A stretch of 63,780 bases of DNA, filler included, from Octopus bimaculoides (Eukaryota), in the NCBI RefSeq assembly GCF_001194135.2. It is 9 parts of 7 records of this genome, joined end to end, with 100 filler letters (N's around TTAATTAATTAA, not from the genome) between each part and the next. Parts side by side here need not be neighbours in the genome. Positions count along the whole stretch, not along the records: positions 9,047 to 17,894 come from NC_068981.1; positions 17,995 to 21,020 come from NC_069000.1; positions 21,121 to 41,441 come from NC_068995.1; 6 more parts are not named here. One strand, given 5' to 3'. A program made the position numbers and the translations under genes. The notes under the pieces were generated by a model. It was not told the origin of the DNA, did not search any database, and was given only the letters and a program-made list of their open reading frames with translations. Shown one piece after another: positions 13,346 to 24,949 of the stretch. How positions within the stretch are numbered: the first letter of the stretch is position 1; the number at the start of each line of letters is the position of its first letter.

Positions 13346-13388
<43 letters not shown>

Positions 13389-13410
13389 ACACGCACACAC
13401 ACACACACAC
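13150..13410. repeat. (CA)n/(CAGA) compound microsatellite
   Basis: Direct reading. Confidence 0.95.
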
Positions 13411-13952
13411 AGTGAAACGTTCATATTGATAACTAATTCACAGTTTGTAAAATTGTGCAGATATAACCTATTAGTCAACCAAATCCCACGCAACNNNNNN
13501 NNNNNNNNNNNNNNNNNNNNNNNNNNNNNNNNNNNNNNNNNNNNNNNNNNNNNNNNNNNNNNNNNNNNNNNNNNNNNNNNNNNNNNNNNNNNNNNNNNNN
13601 NNNNNNNNNNNNNNNNNNNNNNNNNNNNNNNNNNNNNNNNNNNNNNNNNNNNNNNNNNNNNNNNNNNNNNNNNNNNNNNNNNNNNNNNNNNNNNNNNNNN
13701 NNNNNNNNNNNNNNNNNNNNNNNNNNNNNNNNNNNNNNNNNNNNNNNNNNNNNNNNNNNNNNNNNNNNNNNNNNNNNNNNNNNNNNNNNNNNNNNNNNNN
13801 NNNNNNNNNNNNNNNNNNNNNNNNNNNNNNNNNNNNNNNNNNNNNNNNNNNNNNNNNNNNNNNNNNNNNNNNNNNNNNNNNNNNNNNNNNNNNNNNNNNN
13901 NNNNNNNNNNNNNNNNNNNNNNNNNNNNNNNNNNNNNNNNNNNNNNNNNNNN

Positions 13953-13995
<43 letters not shown>

Positions 13996-14130
13996 ATAGG
14001 GGGTTTAGTTCACAGGTGATCTAAACAATTAGGTACGCTGGGTAAGTGCTGTAACGGATTACTGGGGCTTCAAGGTTGTAGCCGAGATGGTAGTTATGGA
14101 GCCATTGCAGATTTCCGATATAGCAGATAC

Positions 14131-14664
14131 ATAATTGTTAAAGAGGACAACAAACGTTAAGGCAAGGCAAACATCTCGAGTCATATACATTCATTATTAT
14201 TGGAAAAAGAAATTCAAAGTCTTACAGCTGTTTCTGGGATATCTCCGAGTATGGGATATGCCATCATCAGAGAGAAATTGGGAAAAATAGGGAAAATGAG
14301 AAGGGTATATATTAATGAAATGACGACATAGAGGAAGGGAGTAAAGGAATAAGGAGATGAAGAGAGAAGAAAAAAGAGAAGAGAAAAGGAGCATAAAAGT
14401 TCGTAGTTAAACTTTCTTCTTTTTTCTTCTCTCTTCATCTCCTTATTCCTTTACTCCCTTCCTCTATGTTATCGTTTCATTAATATATACCCTTCTCACT
14501 TTCCCTATTTTTCTCTATTTGTCTCTGGTGACGGAATATCCCATACTCGGGGGACATCCCAGAAACAGCTGTAAGTCTTTGAAATTTTTCTAGTAATAAT
14601 AATAATGTATATGACTTGAGATGTTTGCGTTACCTTAAAGTTTGTTGTCCTCTTTAATAACTAT
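14131..14664. repeat. Fold-back element: long inverted repeat with ~250-bp arms and ~30-bp loop
   Basis: 14131-~14380 is the reverse complement of ~14411-14664; the innermost ~50 bp (ACATAGAGGAAGGGAGTAAAGGAATAAGGAGATGAAGAGAGAAGAAAAAAG) is perfect. Confidence 0.9.
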
Positions 14665-14682
14665 ACATACATATATACATAT

Positions 14683-14845
14683 ACGACGGGCTTTCAGTTT
14701 TCGTCTATCAAATCCACTCACAAGGCTTTATTCGCCCCGAGGCTATAGTACATCGAAAACATTTACCGAAGATGCCACACGGTGGGACTGAACTCGTAAT
14801 GATGTGTTTGTGAAGCAGGCATGTTATACAGCCGCGTCTGCGCCT
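14683..14845 (-). mobile_element. SINE family B head
   Basis: GACGGGCTTTCAGTTTTCGTCTATCAAATCCACTCACAAGGCTT..GAAGATGCCACACGGTGGGACTGAACTCG. Confidence 0.8.
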
Positions 14846-17396
14846 GCTTTGATCATCTCAATACAATTCTTTGCTTTTGTTCTTTTAAATTCACTTGAGT
14901 CATAAAGTTTACAAAAGGAGACGATTACAATAACATATTGCAGCATGTTTCCAGATGAGAAATTAATGCGGTGCATGTAACATTACAATCCATAATTTGT
15001 TGCTTGGGCTTTTGGCATGCGCTCTGGTAACAGATTCTGCTTGACCAATATACATTTCTTTACAATTCTGTTATTTGATGCGATATTTTTGCTAAATAAT
15101 TCTCGTGTTTGTGTTAATATATTAACCAGCACATATAAATTGATATGAACCACAACGATTCTCACCGCACTTAAATACTGCCGGAGCTTTTATCGTTGCT
15201 GTTTTGTTAACAATTATTTTAAGTTCTTCGGTAGTCTTTTGCTTTGAAACAGCGTTCTATCTGTAATCAAATCCATTAATATATTTACTTTGTCTGATAA
15301 TCGCCATGTTTGATTTAGTGACATCAAAAATACTCCAAACCTAGATTATGTGTCACTACAAAAGCTTCTGTTACCCGGTCTTAGGTTTCTCGTTCCTAGA
15401 TTGTCCGAAAGTATTCTATAGGTATTTATGTTACCCCGTTCCATACCATTTTGGATAATTGGAGCAGTGTTTGTTCAAGTAGAAAGCCTTTCAGTTCTGC
15501 GAATCTTTTGTCTCTGGCTATTTCACCACTAACGACGATACAAATTTTCCTCGCAACACAGCTTAGATTGAAATGTTTTCAGTGTGCTGGATAGCTCCAT
15601 TTAAAGCTCACCCACGGATGTGTATCTGCGTCTTTATTATATAAATATCTATATCATAATTTTGTTGTTATTTGTGATCGCATTTATATTCAGAAATGGC
15701 AATTTTGTAGTACACGTCTTCTGTGCAAATTTCATGGTTGGACGCTAAATTTCTCTTAAAACTATTCTCGAATATTATCCATATTATAAAACAGAAAGCA
15801 AAATATCCTTTCCATGAGTCATACAACCAGTACCAGTATTTCTACTCTTTGGTTCAACATTGTTCCAATTTGCGTTTGCTGGAGGGAATTTGATCTCCAT
15901 GGCTGGATTATATTTTAGTGAGGTTAGAATACAAATATTAAAGCCCGATTAGAGAGTTACAGGCTCTTTAGCACTCGAATGTGTCTTTAGAAATTGAATG
16001 TTAACAACAAAAACTACAATGATGAGGACGATGATGATGATGATGATGATAACGTCCGTTCTAGGCGGGAAGGTATTTGCATTTGGGAGGAATTTTACTT
16101 CAAATTCTACTTGAAAATATTTCTTGACAGGCCCCATCAAATTAACCAAAGTTACGTGAAAAACAAAAAGAAAGAAGGAAAGAAGGCCGGCTTTGGTCCA
16201 ACAGCTGTCGGTAAAATATTGAGATTTTCAGACCACTGACGACAGTTTAAAATTTTCATTGCAATTTTGGTTGTTTAAACAGAAATTGAAATAACCCAAA
16301 ATAAAAATAAATTAAAACCAAGTTTTAATTTACAGAAAGTTCCACTGATATTTATTCTCAGAACTATTAGTCGTCCCGAGAATATTAGTAGCAAAAATAG
16401 TAGTTTAGAAGAGTCATTATGACAACAATATTAGATAATAAATGCCAAATCTGATGGAGGGGGTCAATCACATATATTGTTTTTGTAACAATATTAATTT
16501 AAATTTATTTAAAAAAAAGACAGAATCGCTATATCGCCGAACAATTTCTTGTAAAATTTAGTTACATATCTTTCCCATTTGAGTTAAATAACTGGTCAAT
16601 TTAATAAACTAAGCACGAGGCAGTTATTTGCGTCCTTTTTGATTCTGCTCTATCAAAATATATGTAAAATTATCTCAACTATACAAAAGGATTTTATGGC
16701 TTATACAAATCTAGCAGATGTTTCGTTGCTCAAAATTTTATGCGTAAAAATTGATTAAACAAGAAATTGGGATACAAAGAAAATAAACAATTATGTTGTG
16801 AATTTCATGTTTGAAGCTCCGATGAAGCTACAGTGCTACAGTGTGATACTCAAGCACTTAGCTATGAGTGCATTGCATCTTATGGCAAAAACAGCTGTAA
16901 GCTAATGAAGTTCATAACCTAATTGTTTATTTTTTTTATCATCCCAATTTCTGATGTTTCGTTCTGAAGCAGATTTGTATTGAGTTGAAACACCAGGTTA
17001 TTAGCATCGTAACAAACACTTAAGCGAAATATCAAGATTATTCTAAACCATGTTGTTTGTGCTAGAATCGAGAAGCTTTCCTTAGAAGTGTGGGGTGTTG
17101 GTCATACCAAACAAACAAGTTCAAGTCTGAAAATAAGGTACAGTATTGCATATCAGATATTTACTAATATACAGGATGACATATTTCGGTTGACGATCGT
17201 ACCAAAAGAAATAGTAGCGGAATTATACTTTACTGTTTCAAAACAGAGAGAAAACCACAGGGTGTCTTAGTGTGCTGGTTACAAAATTACGTAATAGTCG
17301 TGGTTAGAATACTTTTGATTATAAGACTGCCAAGTAAGGACTGGTGTTGGTCTAAAATACAAAAATAAAACAAAACATTGGTTCATTGCTATAGAA

Positions 17397-17545
17397 CAGT
17401 GGTTCCCATCCTGTGGTCCACAAAGGTAGTATTGGTGGTCCGTGAGCATGTTAAGCTGACAGACCTTTCAATATCCTGGGGGTCGGTGGGAAAACTCATT
17501 TAACTAAAAAGGGATCCTTGGTAGTGAAAAGGTTGGGAGCCGCTG
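17397..17545. mobile_element. hAT (Charlie-like) MITE
   Basis: Termini CAGTGGTTCCCA.. and ..AAAAGGTTGGGAGCCGCTG form imperfect TIRs; no intact 8-bp TSD seen. Confidence 0.65.
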
Positions 17546-17856
17546 CTGTTGAGCAATGTCTTTTTATTATTCACTGTCTTTATGTATGAGTGCTGTCCTT
17601 CCATGCTCACATCTCGTTCACAACATGTAATAATTGCCGAACTGCAAGGAAGCATATTTCAATGTAAGAACATTAGTAATTTAATGATAAAGCCATAAAA
17701 TCAATCAGCGAGAAAGATTTACGACAGTCCTAATGAAAATATTTAATGTGGTAAGAAATTTCTGAAGTGTTCTTGAGTGTTATAACTCAGTGTTGCTTTT
17801 AAAATTAATGGACACCAGATTTCATTCATCATTCTGAAACAACTTCGCCCAGCTAC

Positions 17857-17894
<38 letters not shown>

Positions 17895-18050
17895 NNNNNN
17901 NNNNNNNNNNNNNNNNNNNNNNNNNNNNNNNNNNNNNNTTAATTAATTAANNNNNNNNNNNNNNNNNNNNNNNNNNNNNNNNNNNNNNNNNNNNGTATGT
18001 ATATGTATGTATTATGTATGTATGTATCTATGTATCATTGTGTGTATATA

Positions 18051-18480
18051 CCAGGCTGAGTAAAAAGTAAGCAACGTTTATGAAATATGAAATTCATCAC
18101 AATATATTTCAACAATGCGGAAATTTTATTCATCCGAGTAAACTACAATTACAATCAACACGTTTTTTGCCAACGAATTACAAGTTTGATTATTTCAGCT
18201 AACATAAAAAATCTGGACTTCTGGAGCTGATGAACTTTTTAAACGCACTTTCAGCATAGTTTTGTATTTCGAACTCCTTCTCTCAGTTACTAAGCATATT
18301 TATAAACCACAAAACCATACTTGCGCCTATTGCCCTTGAGAATAAGTTTCAATGCTGAGAACAAATGAAAAATCCTTGGAAAATAATGAAGCAAAATTAT
18401 TGCTGTTCGTTTTGGCGGTTTAGAGACATGTGGCGGTTACATGCAAAACCATGTAAGTGGGGTGGAGAAGAGCAAGACAA
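18051..18480 (-). mobile_element. mariner-like transposon, 3' remnant with TIR
   Basis: TA followed by TIR-like CCAGGCTGAGTAAAAAGTAAGCAAC at 18051. The minus strand reads, with frameshifts, ..AESAFKKFISSRSPDF..KLVIRWQK..VDCN.., matching the mariner transposase C-terminus (AENAFQEFVESRSTDFYATGINKLISRWQKCVDCNG type). Confidence 0.8.
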
Positions 18481-18759
18481 ACCTAGGTATTCCGGGGTAT
18501 TGTTCATGTTGTATGTTATTTCGGCAGGAAATGATATTGTTGTAATATGTCAAAATCATTGTGATTTGCAGTCGACAGCTGATGAATTAGGGGTCCCACA
18601 GAGCAAGCTGTATGCTAAAGAATATAATAATAATAATAATAATAATGATATCAATAATAATGACGATGATAATGATGATGGTGACAACGACAACAACAAT
18701 AACAGCAAGGCTTTCATTGTCTTTTACTTCATGCGTGTCTTGTTAGGATGACTTGTCTA

Positions 18760-18793
<34 letters not shown>

Positions 18794-18794
18794 C

Positions 18795-18825
<31 letters not shown>

Positions 18826-19436
18826 NNNNNNNNNNTATATATATATATATATATATATGCATGGATGCGTGTGCGTGCGTTTCATTTTTGCATCTGTGTT
18901 TATATTAAATGTTTCATTGCCATGTAATTAGGGGAAAAGCCCCCATTTTCTCTCTCATCATTTCTTTTTGAAGTTTACGAAGATCAAAGGACCTATCCAT
19001 ATGGTCATATTTGTGACGGACTGAACAAAACCGGAACAGAAGAAAACTGATATAAGATATATAGAACAAACACGGTGCGAATACAATGTCTGTCTAAGTT
19101 ATCAGAGAGACAGAAAGAGTGAGAGAGATTGGAGCGGGAGAGAGAGGGGAGATAAAAGGGGAGAGAGAGAGAGATACTAATGGTGGGAAGAGAAATATTT
19201 AAACAGACACCGGCACGCGTGCATATTTATGTAGATGTAGCTACATCTTTGACGTGGTGTTGGGTTAGCGTCAGATTTTCTATGCCGGGCTACCCAGGTG
19301 CATCCGGCTAATACATCCATCATTGTACTATTTTTTCTCACTTTTTCATTCAGGGAAATTTACTCTTCCAGCCTTTATCTACATTATTTATATCATTTAC
19401 ATTCGACGGATATTTGTCCTCATCTTGTTTGTTGTT

Positions 19437-19482
19437 AACACAACGTTTCGACAGATATACCCTCCGGCCTTCATCAGGTGTC
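19437..19482 (-). ncRNA. Minimal type-I hammerhead ribozyme motif (antisense copy)
   Basis: Minus strand reads GACAC-CTGATGA-AGGCCGGAGGGTATATCTGTC-GAAA-C-GTT-GTGTT. Core intact; helix II weaker than in the + copy. Confidence 0.65.
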
Positions 19483-19529
19483 TTGGGGAAATTTCGAACC
19501 TGGGTTCTCATTCCTAAGGTATTTTTCGA

Positions 19530-19570
<41 letters not shown>

Positions 19571-19647
19571 TCACTGCCCCAAGACACCTGATGAATAACA
19601 TCGAAAAATACCTTAAGAATGAGAACCCAGGTTTGAAATTTCCCCAA

Positions 19648-19693
19648 GACACCTGATGAAGGTTGTGGGGTATATCAGCCGAAACGTTGTGTT
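19648..19693 (+). ncRNA. Minimal type-I hammerhead ribozyme motif
   Basis: GACAC-CTGATGA-A-GGTTG(tggggtatat)CAGCC-GAAA-C-GTT-GTGTT. Helix I GACAC/GTGTT, helix II GGTTG/CAGCC, palindromic ACGT helix III, predicted cleavage after GUU (19688). Confidence 0.75.
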
Positions 19694-19859
19694 AACAACA
19701 AACAAGATGAGGACAAATATCCGTCAAATGTAAATAATGTAAATAATGTACATAATTCCTCATCTCTTAAATATAGAACTGTATCATCCAGCCTTGTTAT
19801 GGATATGTTCTTGTTGACGATGATTATCACGTGACCGACCAGGATATAATATGTTGTTA

Positions 19860-20085
19860 AACATCGCTGGTTACTATGCATTTTTGCATTGTTTTAGCCT
19901 TCAAATGCCGCGACCACGCTGGCTAGGTAAGCAAGCCAATATCCCCTCCCCCTGCTCGAAAGGGGAACTGGAGCAACGTAAAATAAAGTGTTTTGTTTAA
20001 GAATATCACGCGCCGCCCAGTCAGGTAATTGAACCTACGATCTATCGATCGTGAGTGCAACTGCCTAACCATTAGGTCACGCGTA
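19860..20085 (-). mobile_element. SINE family D, degenerate
   Basis: ACTGGAGCAACGTAAAATAAAGTGTTTTG..AATTGAACCTACGATCTATCGATCGTGAG..CTAACCATTAGG. Confidence 0.7.
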
Positions 20086-20119
20086 TTCACTAATGATGAG
20101 TATAATTTTGATAATCATC

Positions 20120-20295
20120 TCAACTTTAGGCACAAAGTCTGACATTCTTGGGAACCATGGTGGGCGGGGGCTAACCGTTTACATCGACCACAGAACACGA
20201 TTGGTACTTATTTTAACGACCCCGAAAGAATGAAAGGCAAATTCGAGCTTGGCAGAATTTGAACTCAGAATATGAGAACGGACGAAATGCAACTG
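20120..20295 (-). mobile_element. SINE family A, partial
   Basis: TGGTACTTATTTTAACGACCCCGAAAGAATGAAAGGCAAATTCGAGCTTGGCAGAATTTGAACTCAG. Confidence 0.8.
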
Positions 20296-20879
20296 ACCAT
20301 ATATTCCGAGAAAGGAGATAGCAACGTTGTTGCCTTTATGCAGCTTTATCAAAGATACCTTTGTTATTTTCTCAACTGAAGTCGAGTGTTTTTCTGAAGG
20401 AGTTTCGAAACATGCTGTTTGTTAGCGCTTATTTAAAAAAATCTTGCACATCTTGTAAACCACTTACAAGTTTTAGAGACCGCTTGTTGTAGACTTGTAG
20501 CTTTCGTTGTTCCCCCAGAGTTTGCACTCACAGGGACAAATATTTCTGTATGTCATGAACAAACTTCTGAGTCGGCATTTTATAGCTGATTATCCTTAGT
20601 GATGGGATTTGAATAGGAATGAGATCTGAGCTGTGAGCGAGTGATGGTGCTGCTGAATAAAGATAGGAAGAAATTTGCCAAAGCTGCGTCAAACATTGCA
20701 ATTCTTCGAAATTTATATTATAGAGAATTTGGAAGAAATGTAATTCTAAAACTAAGAAGTTAGAAAGAAAAAAAAAAAAGAAGTGCAGAAAGTAAAAAAA
20801 GAAGAAAAAAGACAGGCAGTGAATCCGACTTGCAGACAGATTTATTGATAATAAGACGGAAACGTTTATAAGAAAGCTC

Positions 20880-21020
20880 AGATAAGATACGTAGATAGAT
20901 AGATAGGTTTCTTTATTAGCCACACAGGGCTCAACACAGAGGGGACAAAATACAAATGTAGAGTTTTTCTTTTCGAGGGGGTCGAAAACAAAGCAGAAAA
21001 AAAAACAAAAGTGGGGACAA
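20880..21020 (-). mobile_element. 3' end of the same non-LTR element with (TATC)n tail
   Basis: Reverse complement AAAAACTCTACATTTGTATTTTGTCCCCTCTGTGTTGAGCCCTGTGTGGCTAATAAAGAAAC-(TATC)n matches 9047-9125. Confidence 0.6.
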
Positions 21021-21120
21021 NNNNNNNNNNNNNNNNNNNNNNNNNNNNNNNNNNNNNNNNNNNNTTAATTAATTAANNNNNNNNNNNNNNNNNNNNNNNN
21101 NNNNNNNNNNNNNNNNNNNN

Positions 21121-21476
21121 AAAATGCTTTCTAATTGATGTATCAATACCAGCAGATGATAACGTTTCCCTAAATGAAATTAAGAAACTTTCAAAATACA
21201 AAGACCTAGAAATAGAGGTAAGTCGAATGTCGAATCTAAAGCAGAAACAATTCCTATCATAGTAGGTGCCTTAGGTGTAATAAAAAATATTCAGACAAAT
21301 ACATAACAAAAACACCAGGACTTACAAATATATATAACATACAGAAAATTGCACTACTGGGCACTGCACGCAGCCTACACAAAACACTTTCAATACAGTA
21401 ACCATAAGAGCATCACAGCAAACCACAGCGCTCGGTAGTGAAGGGAAAGCATGTCATAAAAATAAAACTACTGAAT
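21121..21476 (+). mobile_element. Dong/R4-clade non-LTR retrotransposon, 3' end (RLE C-terminus plus 3' UTR)
   Basis: Translates as KCFLIDVSIPADDNVSLNEIKKLSKYKDLEIEV..ETIPIIVGALGVIK..IQKIALLGTARSLHKTLSIQ* (stop 21399-21401); followed by an (AAT/AAC)n tract. Confidence 0.85.
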
Positions 21477-21569
21477 AATAATAAAAATAATAACAACAAC
21501 AGCAGCAACAACTACAGCAACAGCAGCAACAACAACAACAATAACAATAATAATAATAATAATAATAAT

Positions 21570-23100
21570 GCAAAAGAAATGTATCAGTTCAGAAATAGTA
21601 ATGGAAAAATTAACCATTTACTCCACGTGGATGATCAGCAACTTATTAGTAAGAATGAAAAAGAGATGGGTTCCTTAATACAGACTGTAAAACTCTTCGG
21701 CAAGGATATAAGCATGGAGTTTAGCAAATATAACTATGCAATATTAGTCATGCGAATGGGACATGTAGTCAACAGTGAATGCATCCAGTTACCAGATAAC
21801 CAGATATTAAAATCACTGAAAGCAGGGGAGAGAGTTATAAGTATATAGAAGTATTAGAAGCTGACACAATACTAAGTACAGAAATGAAAACGAAAATTGA
21901 AAAGGAATACATCAAAAAGGTGAAGAAGCTAATGAAGCCAAACTTAAATGATCCGAATCTAGTGAAGGCTGTACATACTTGGGCAGTATCATTACTTAGA
22001 TGCTCAGTAGCTTTTGCAGATTGGACACACTCTGAATTAGCAAAGCTAGATAGAAGTAGGAAGGACTTCAATATGAATGGAGGACTCCACACAAGGGCAG
22101 GAGTAGCTACATTATACTTACCTAGAAAGGAAGGCAGAAGGAGGTTAATATCAGTAGAAGACTGAGTAGAGTGAGCTAGAGTAGATATAGATTCCTATTT
22201 AGGTAATAGTGAAGAAAGTTTATTAAAAGCTGCTAGAGTCACAGCAAGACATATGGAAATCAAAAACTCAGACTAACTTAAAATACCAGAAAAGAGAACA
22301 TCAATTATTTGTCTGGCAGGAGAAGGCGTTGCATGGTACATTCCCAAAGACAGTCTCAGCAAATAGTAATAGGGAGACATAGTTATGGTTGCAGAAAAGA
22401 AAGCTGAAGAGGGAGACAGAAATTTGTTAGTAGCTGCACAAAATCAAGCATTAAGAACTAATTGGATAAAAACTAAGATAGACAAAAACCAAATTGATTC
22501 CCATTGTAGGTTATGCAAATCGAAAGAGGTAAGTGTTACTCATATAAGTTAATTTAGCATGTTGGCACAGAAAGTATACAAGAAAAGACGTGACAATCTG
22601 GAGAGAGTAAATCACTGGGAGCTGTGTAGAAAGTTAGGATTTGAACATACTGATAAATGGTATGAATATGGACCTAGGAAAGTTGTGGGGCTTTAATATT
22701 CAGACTGATAGAGTAATAGAAGCTAGAAGGCCCAATTTGGTAGTAGTAGATAACGAGAATAGAAAGTGTCAGATAATTGACTTTACAATTCCAAATGATG
22801 AAAAAATTAATATGAGAAGAATAGAAAAAATAACAAATTAGCAATACCTAGCTATTGAATTGAATTACAGAACCTATAGAAAGTGCGAGTAAAATGTATC
22901 CCAGTAGTCATAGGTGCATTGGGAACTATCCCTAAAGATATGAACAGATGGATGGAGGAAACAGGCAGTTTAGTACAGCCCCAGAAAACAATGTTATTAA
23001 GGACCCTTAGGAGGGTTCTTGGCATCTAAGGCGACTTGTTGTAGTCCTATGTTAGGACTGTTTACTTTCCAACAGTCTAATTTGTTGTGTGTATATCAAA
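21570..23100 (+). mobile_element. Dong/R4-clade non-LTR retrotransposon, 5'-truncated and decayed (RT C-half, CCHC knuckle, restriction-like endonuclease)
   Basis: INHLLHVDD (RT catalytic motif); WAVSLLR..LDR..LYLPRKEGRRRLIS; CRLCKSKEVSVTHI (zinc knuckle); IQTDRVIEARRPNLVVVD..CQIIDFTIP (RLE); IPVVIGALGTIPK. Flanked on both sides by AAT/AAC repeats. Confidence 0.9.
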
Positions 23101-23159
23101 ATAACAATAACAACAACAACAACAATAATAATAATAAGAAGAAGAAGAATAATAATAAT

Positions 23160-23362
23160 CCTTTCTACTATAGTTAGAAATTTTGGGGCAGTGGTAACTC
23201 GAGTATATCGATCCCAGGACACAACTGGTACTTAATTCATCCACTCCGAAAGGTTGAGAGTCAAATTCGATCTTGGAGGTATTTGCACTCATAACGTAAA
23301 GACTCATGAAATGCCGCTTAGCATTTTGCCCGGCGTGCTAACGATTCTGCCAGCTCGCCGCC
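23160..23362 (-). mobile_element. SINE family A, tail type 3 ending in (ATT)n
   Basis: Family A head (CGGCGAGCTGGCAGAATCGTTAGCACGCC) and core; minus-strand tail CTATAGTAGAAAGGATT-(ATT)n. Confidence 0.85.
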
Positions 23363-23484
23363 GCCTGGTGTACCCTTATCAGACGGGTATTCATGATGGG
23401 TATACTGAGCTTTGTATCTTTTATACGACACCAAAGTGTCATTTTGATGGCATGCACTGCTCTCTCACTCATTAATAATAACAA

Positions 23485-23485
<1 letters not shown>

Positions 23486-23559
<74 letters not shown>

Positions 23560-23600
23560 TGATGATGACGATGATGAGGATGATGATGATGATGATGATA
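23486..23600. repeat. (GAC)n(GAT)n microsatellite
   Basis: Direct reading. Confidence 0.95.
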
Positions 23601-24004
23601 AAGATGGTGATTATCATTAAGATGATCATAACAATGATAACAACAATAAACATATCTAGAGAGAGCCATTCAGGGAAGGAAATAATACAGATACATAAAA
23701 TAATGCGGTTACACCTAAACAACTATATTTTATACACATCGATTAAAATGTGATGAGCACGAAATGTTTACTTTCTAAGGTCAATCATAAATATAAATCT
23801 GAATGTAAAGTGGTTAATGTTTGGATAAGAAATAATAGTTGTGGCAATAATTATTAGGATACGGAATTGAAAGAAAAGGCAAAAAGAACGATAAAACACG
23901 AATTCGAATAATGATCATATATACGGGAAATATATCAATTTAGAATCTCATCTGTTCTCTATAGAAATCATAATTTCTGTGCTTGCTGACTGCCACACTA
24001 CCAC

Positions 24005-24129
<125 letters not shown>

Positions 24130-24949
24130 TTTTCTCTCTATGTAAATACACACACACACACACACATATATTCACTGAAAATGCGTTATAAATTTAGTAA
24201 AGTTAGAAACTTTTGTTCAGTCTCTATTTTTGAGTAGATGATATTTGCTGTAAAATTAGCAGATTACCAGTGCGAAGGATATTAAACAAAGAAATGCATC
24301 TAAAGATTACTCTAATACCTAAATAGAAATTACTTTCGCAATAACATATGATTCAACTCTCTATCATTAGGTAACTCATCAATCTTTATTTGGTAACGAA
24401 TACTGCGTAGTTATGTCACATAACCTGGCCATCAAACAAATATAATTGTACTCGATGTATTTCCAAACGTACACATTGCATATTTATCAAAGATGGTGAA
24501 GATGTTATGTAGAACATCATGATCCGAAGTAATTTATATAAAATACTTTCTGGTATACGTCGATGTTAACATATTATTTGGTGCATTCACTGAAATTATA
24601 TGTATGCTAATATACAGGATATCATATTATATTAAACTGCAGCAACCTCCAGCTATTTCGTATATAATTTATACTTATTTGGAAATATTACATCAATTTA
24701 AAGATATAAGCATACCTAATACCTACATTGATATATGTCGGTGTATACATGCTATGACGCTTTGACCTGGAAAAGGTGAAGTTCACTAGGAAATTCACTT
24801 CGCTGATGATGTATTGATAGAGATTAGGCAACTAAATTAAGGATGTTTCTATTCAGAAGTTTCATTCCTTGTAAAGAAAGCGAAAGAAAAGCGAGATTCC
24901 TTAAACTTTGTATGTGTGTATGTCAAAATCTTAGTCAAGGTATTTCTAT

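Larger units (their letters stand above)
19381..19749. mobile_element. Penelope-type pseudo-LTR pair in inverted orientation
   Basis: 19381-19534 is the reverse complement of 19594-19749 with a few mismatches; spacer is (ATT)n plus a partial duplicate. Each arm holds a hammerhead core, the hallmark of PLE pseudo-LTRs. Confidence 0.8.

Noticed and set aside
15180-15900. Higher-complexity segment suspected to be a decayed transposase or Helitron ORF
   Set aside because: No diagnostic motif in any frame.
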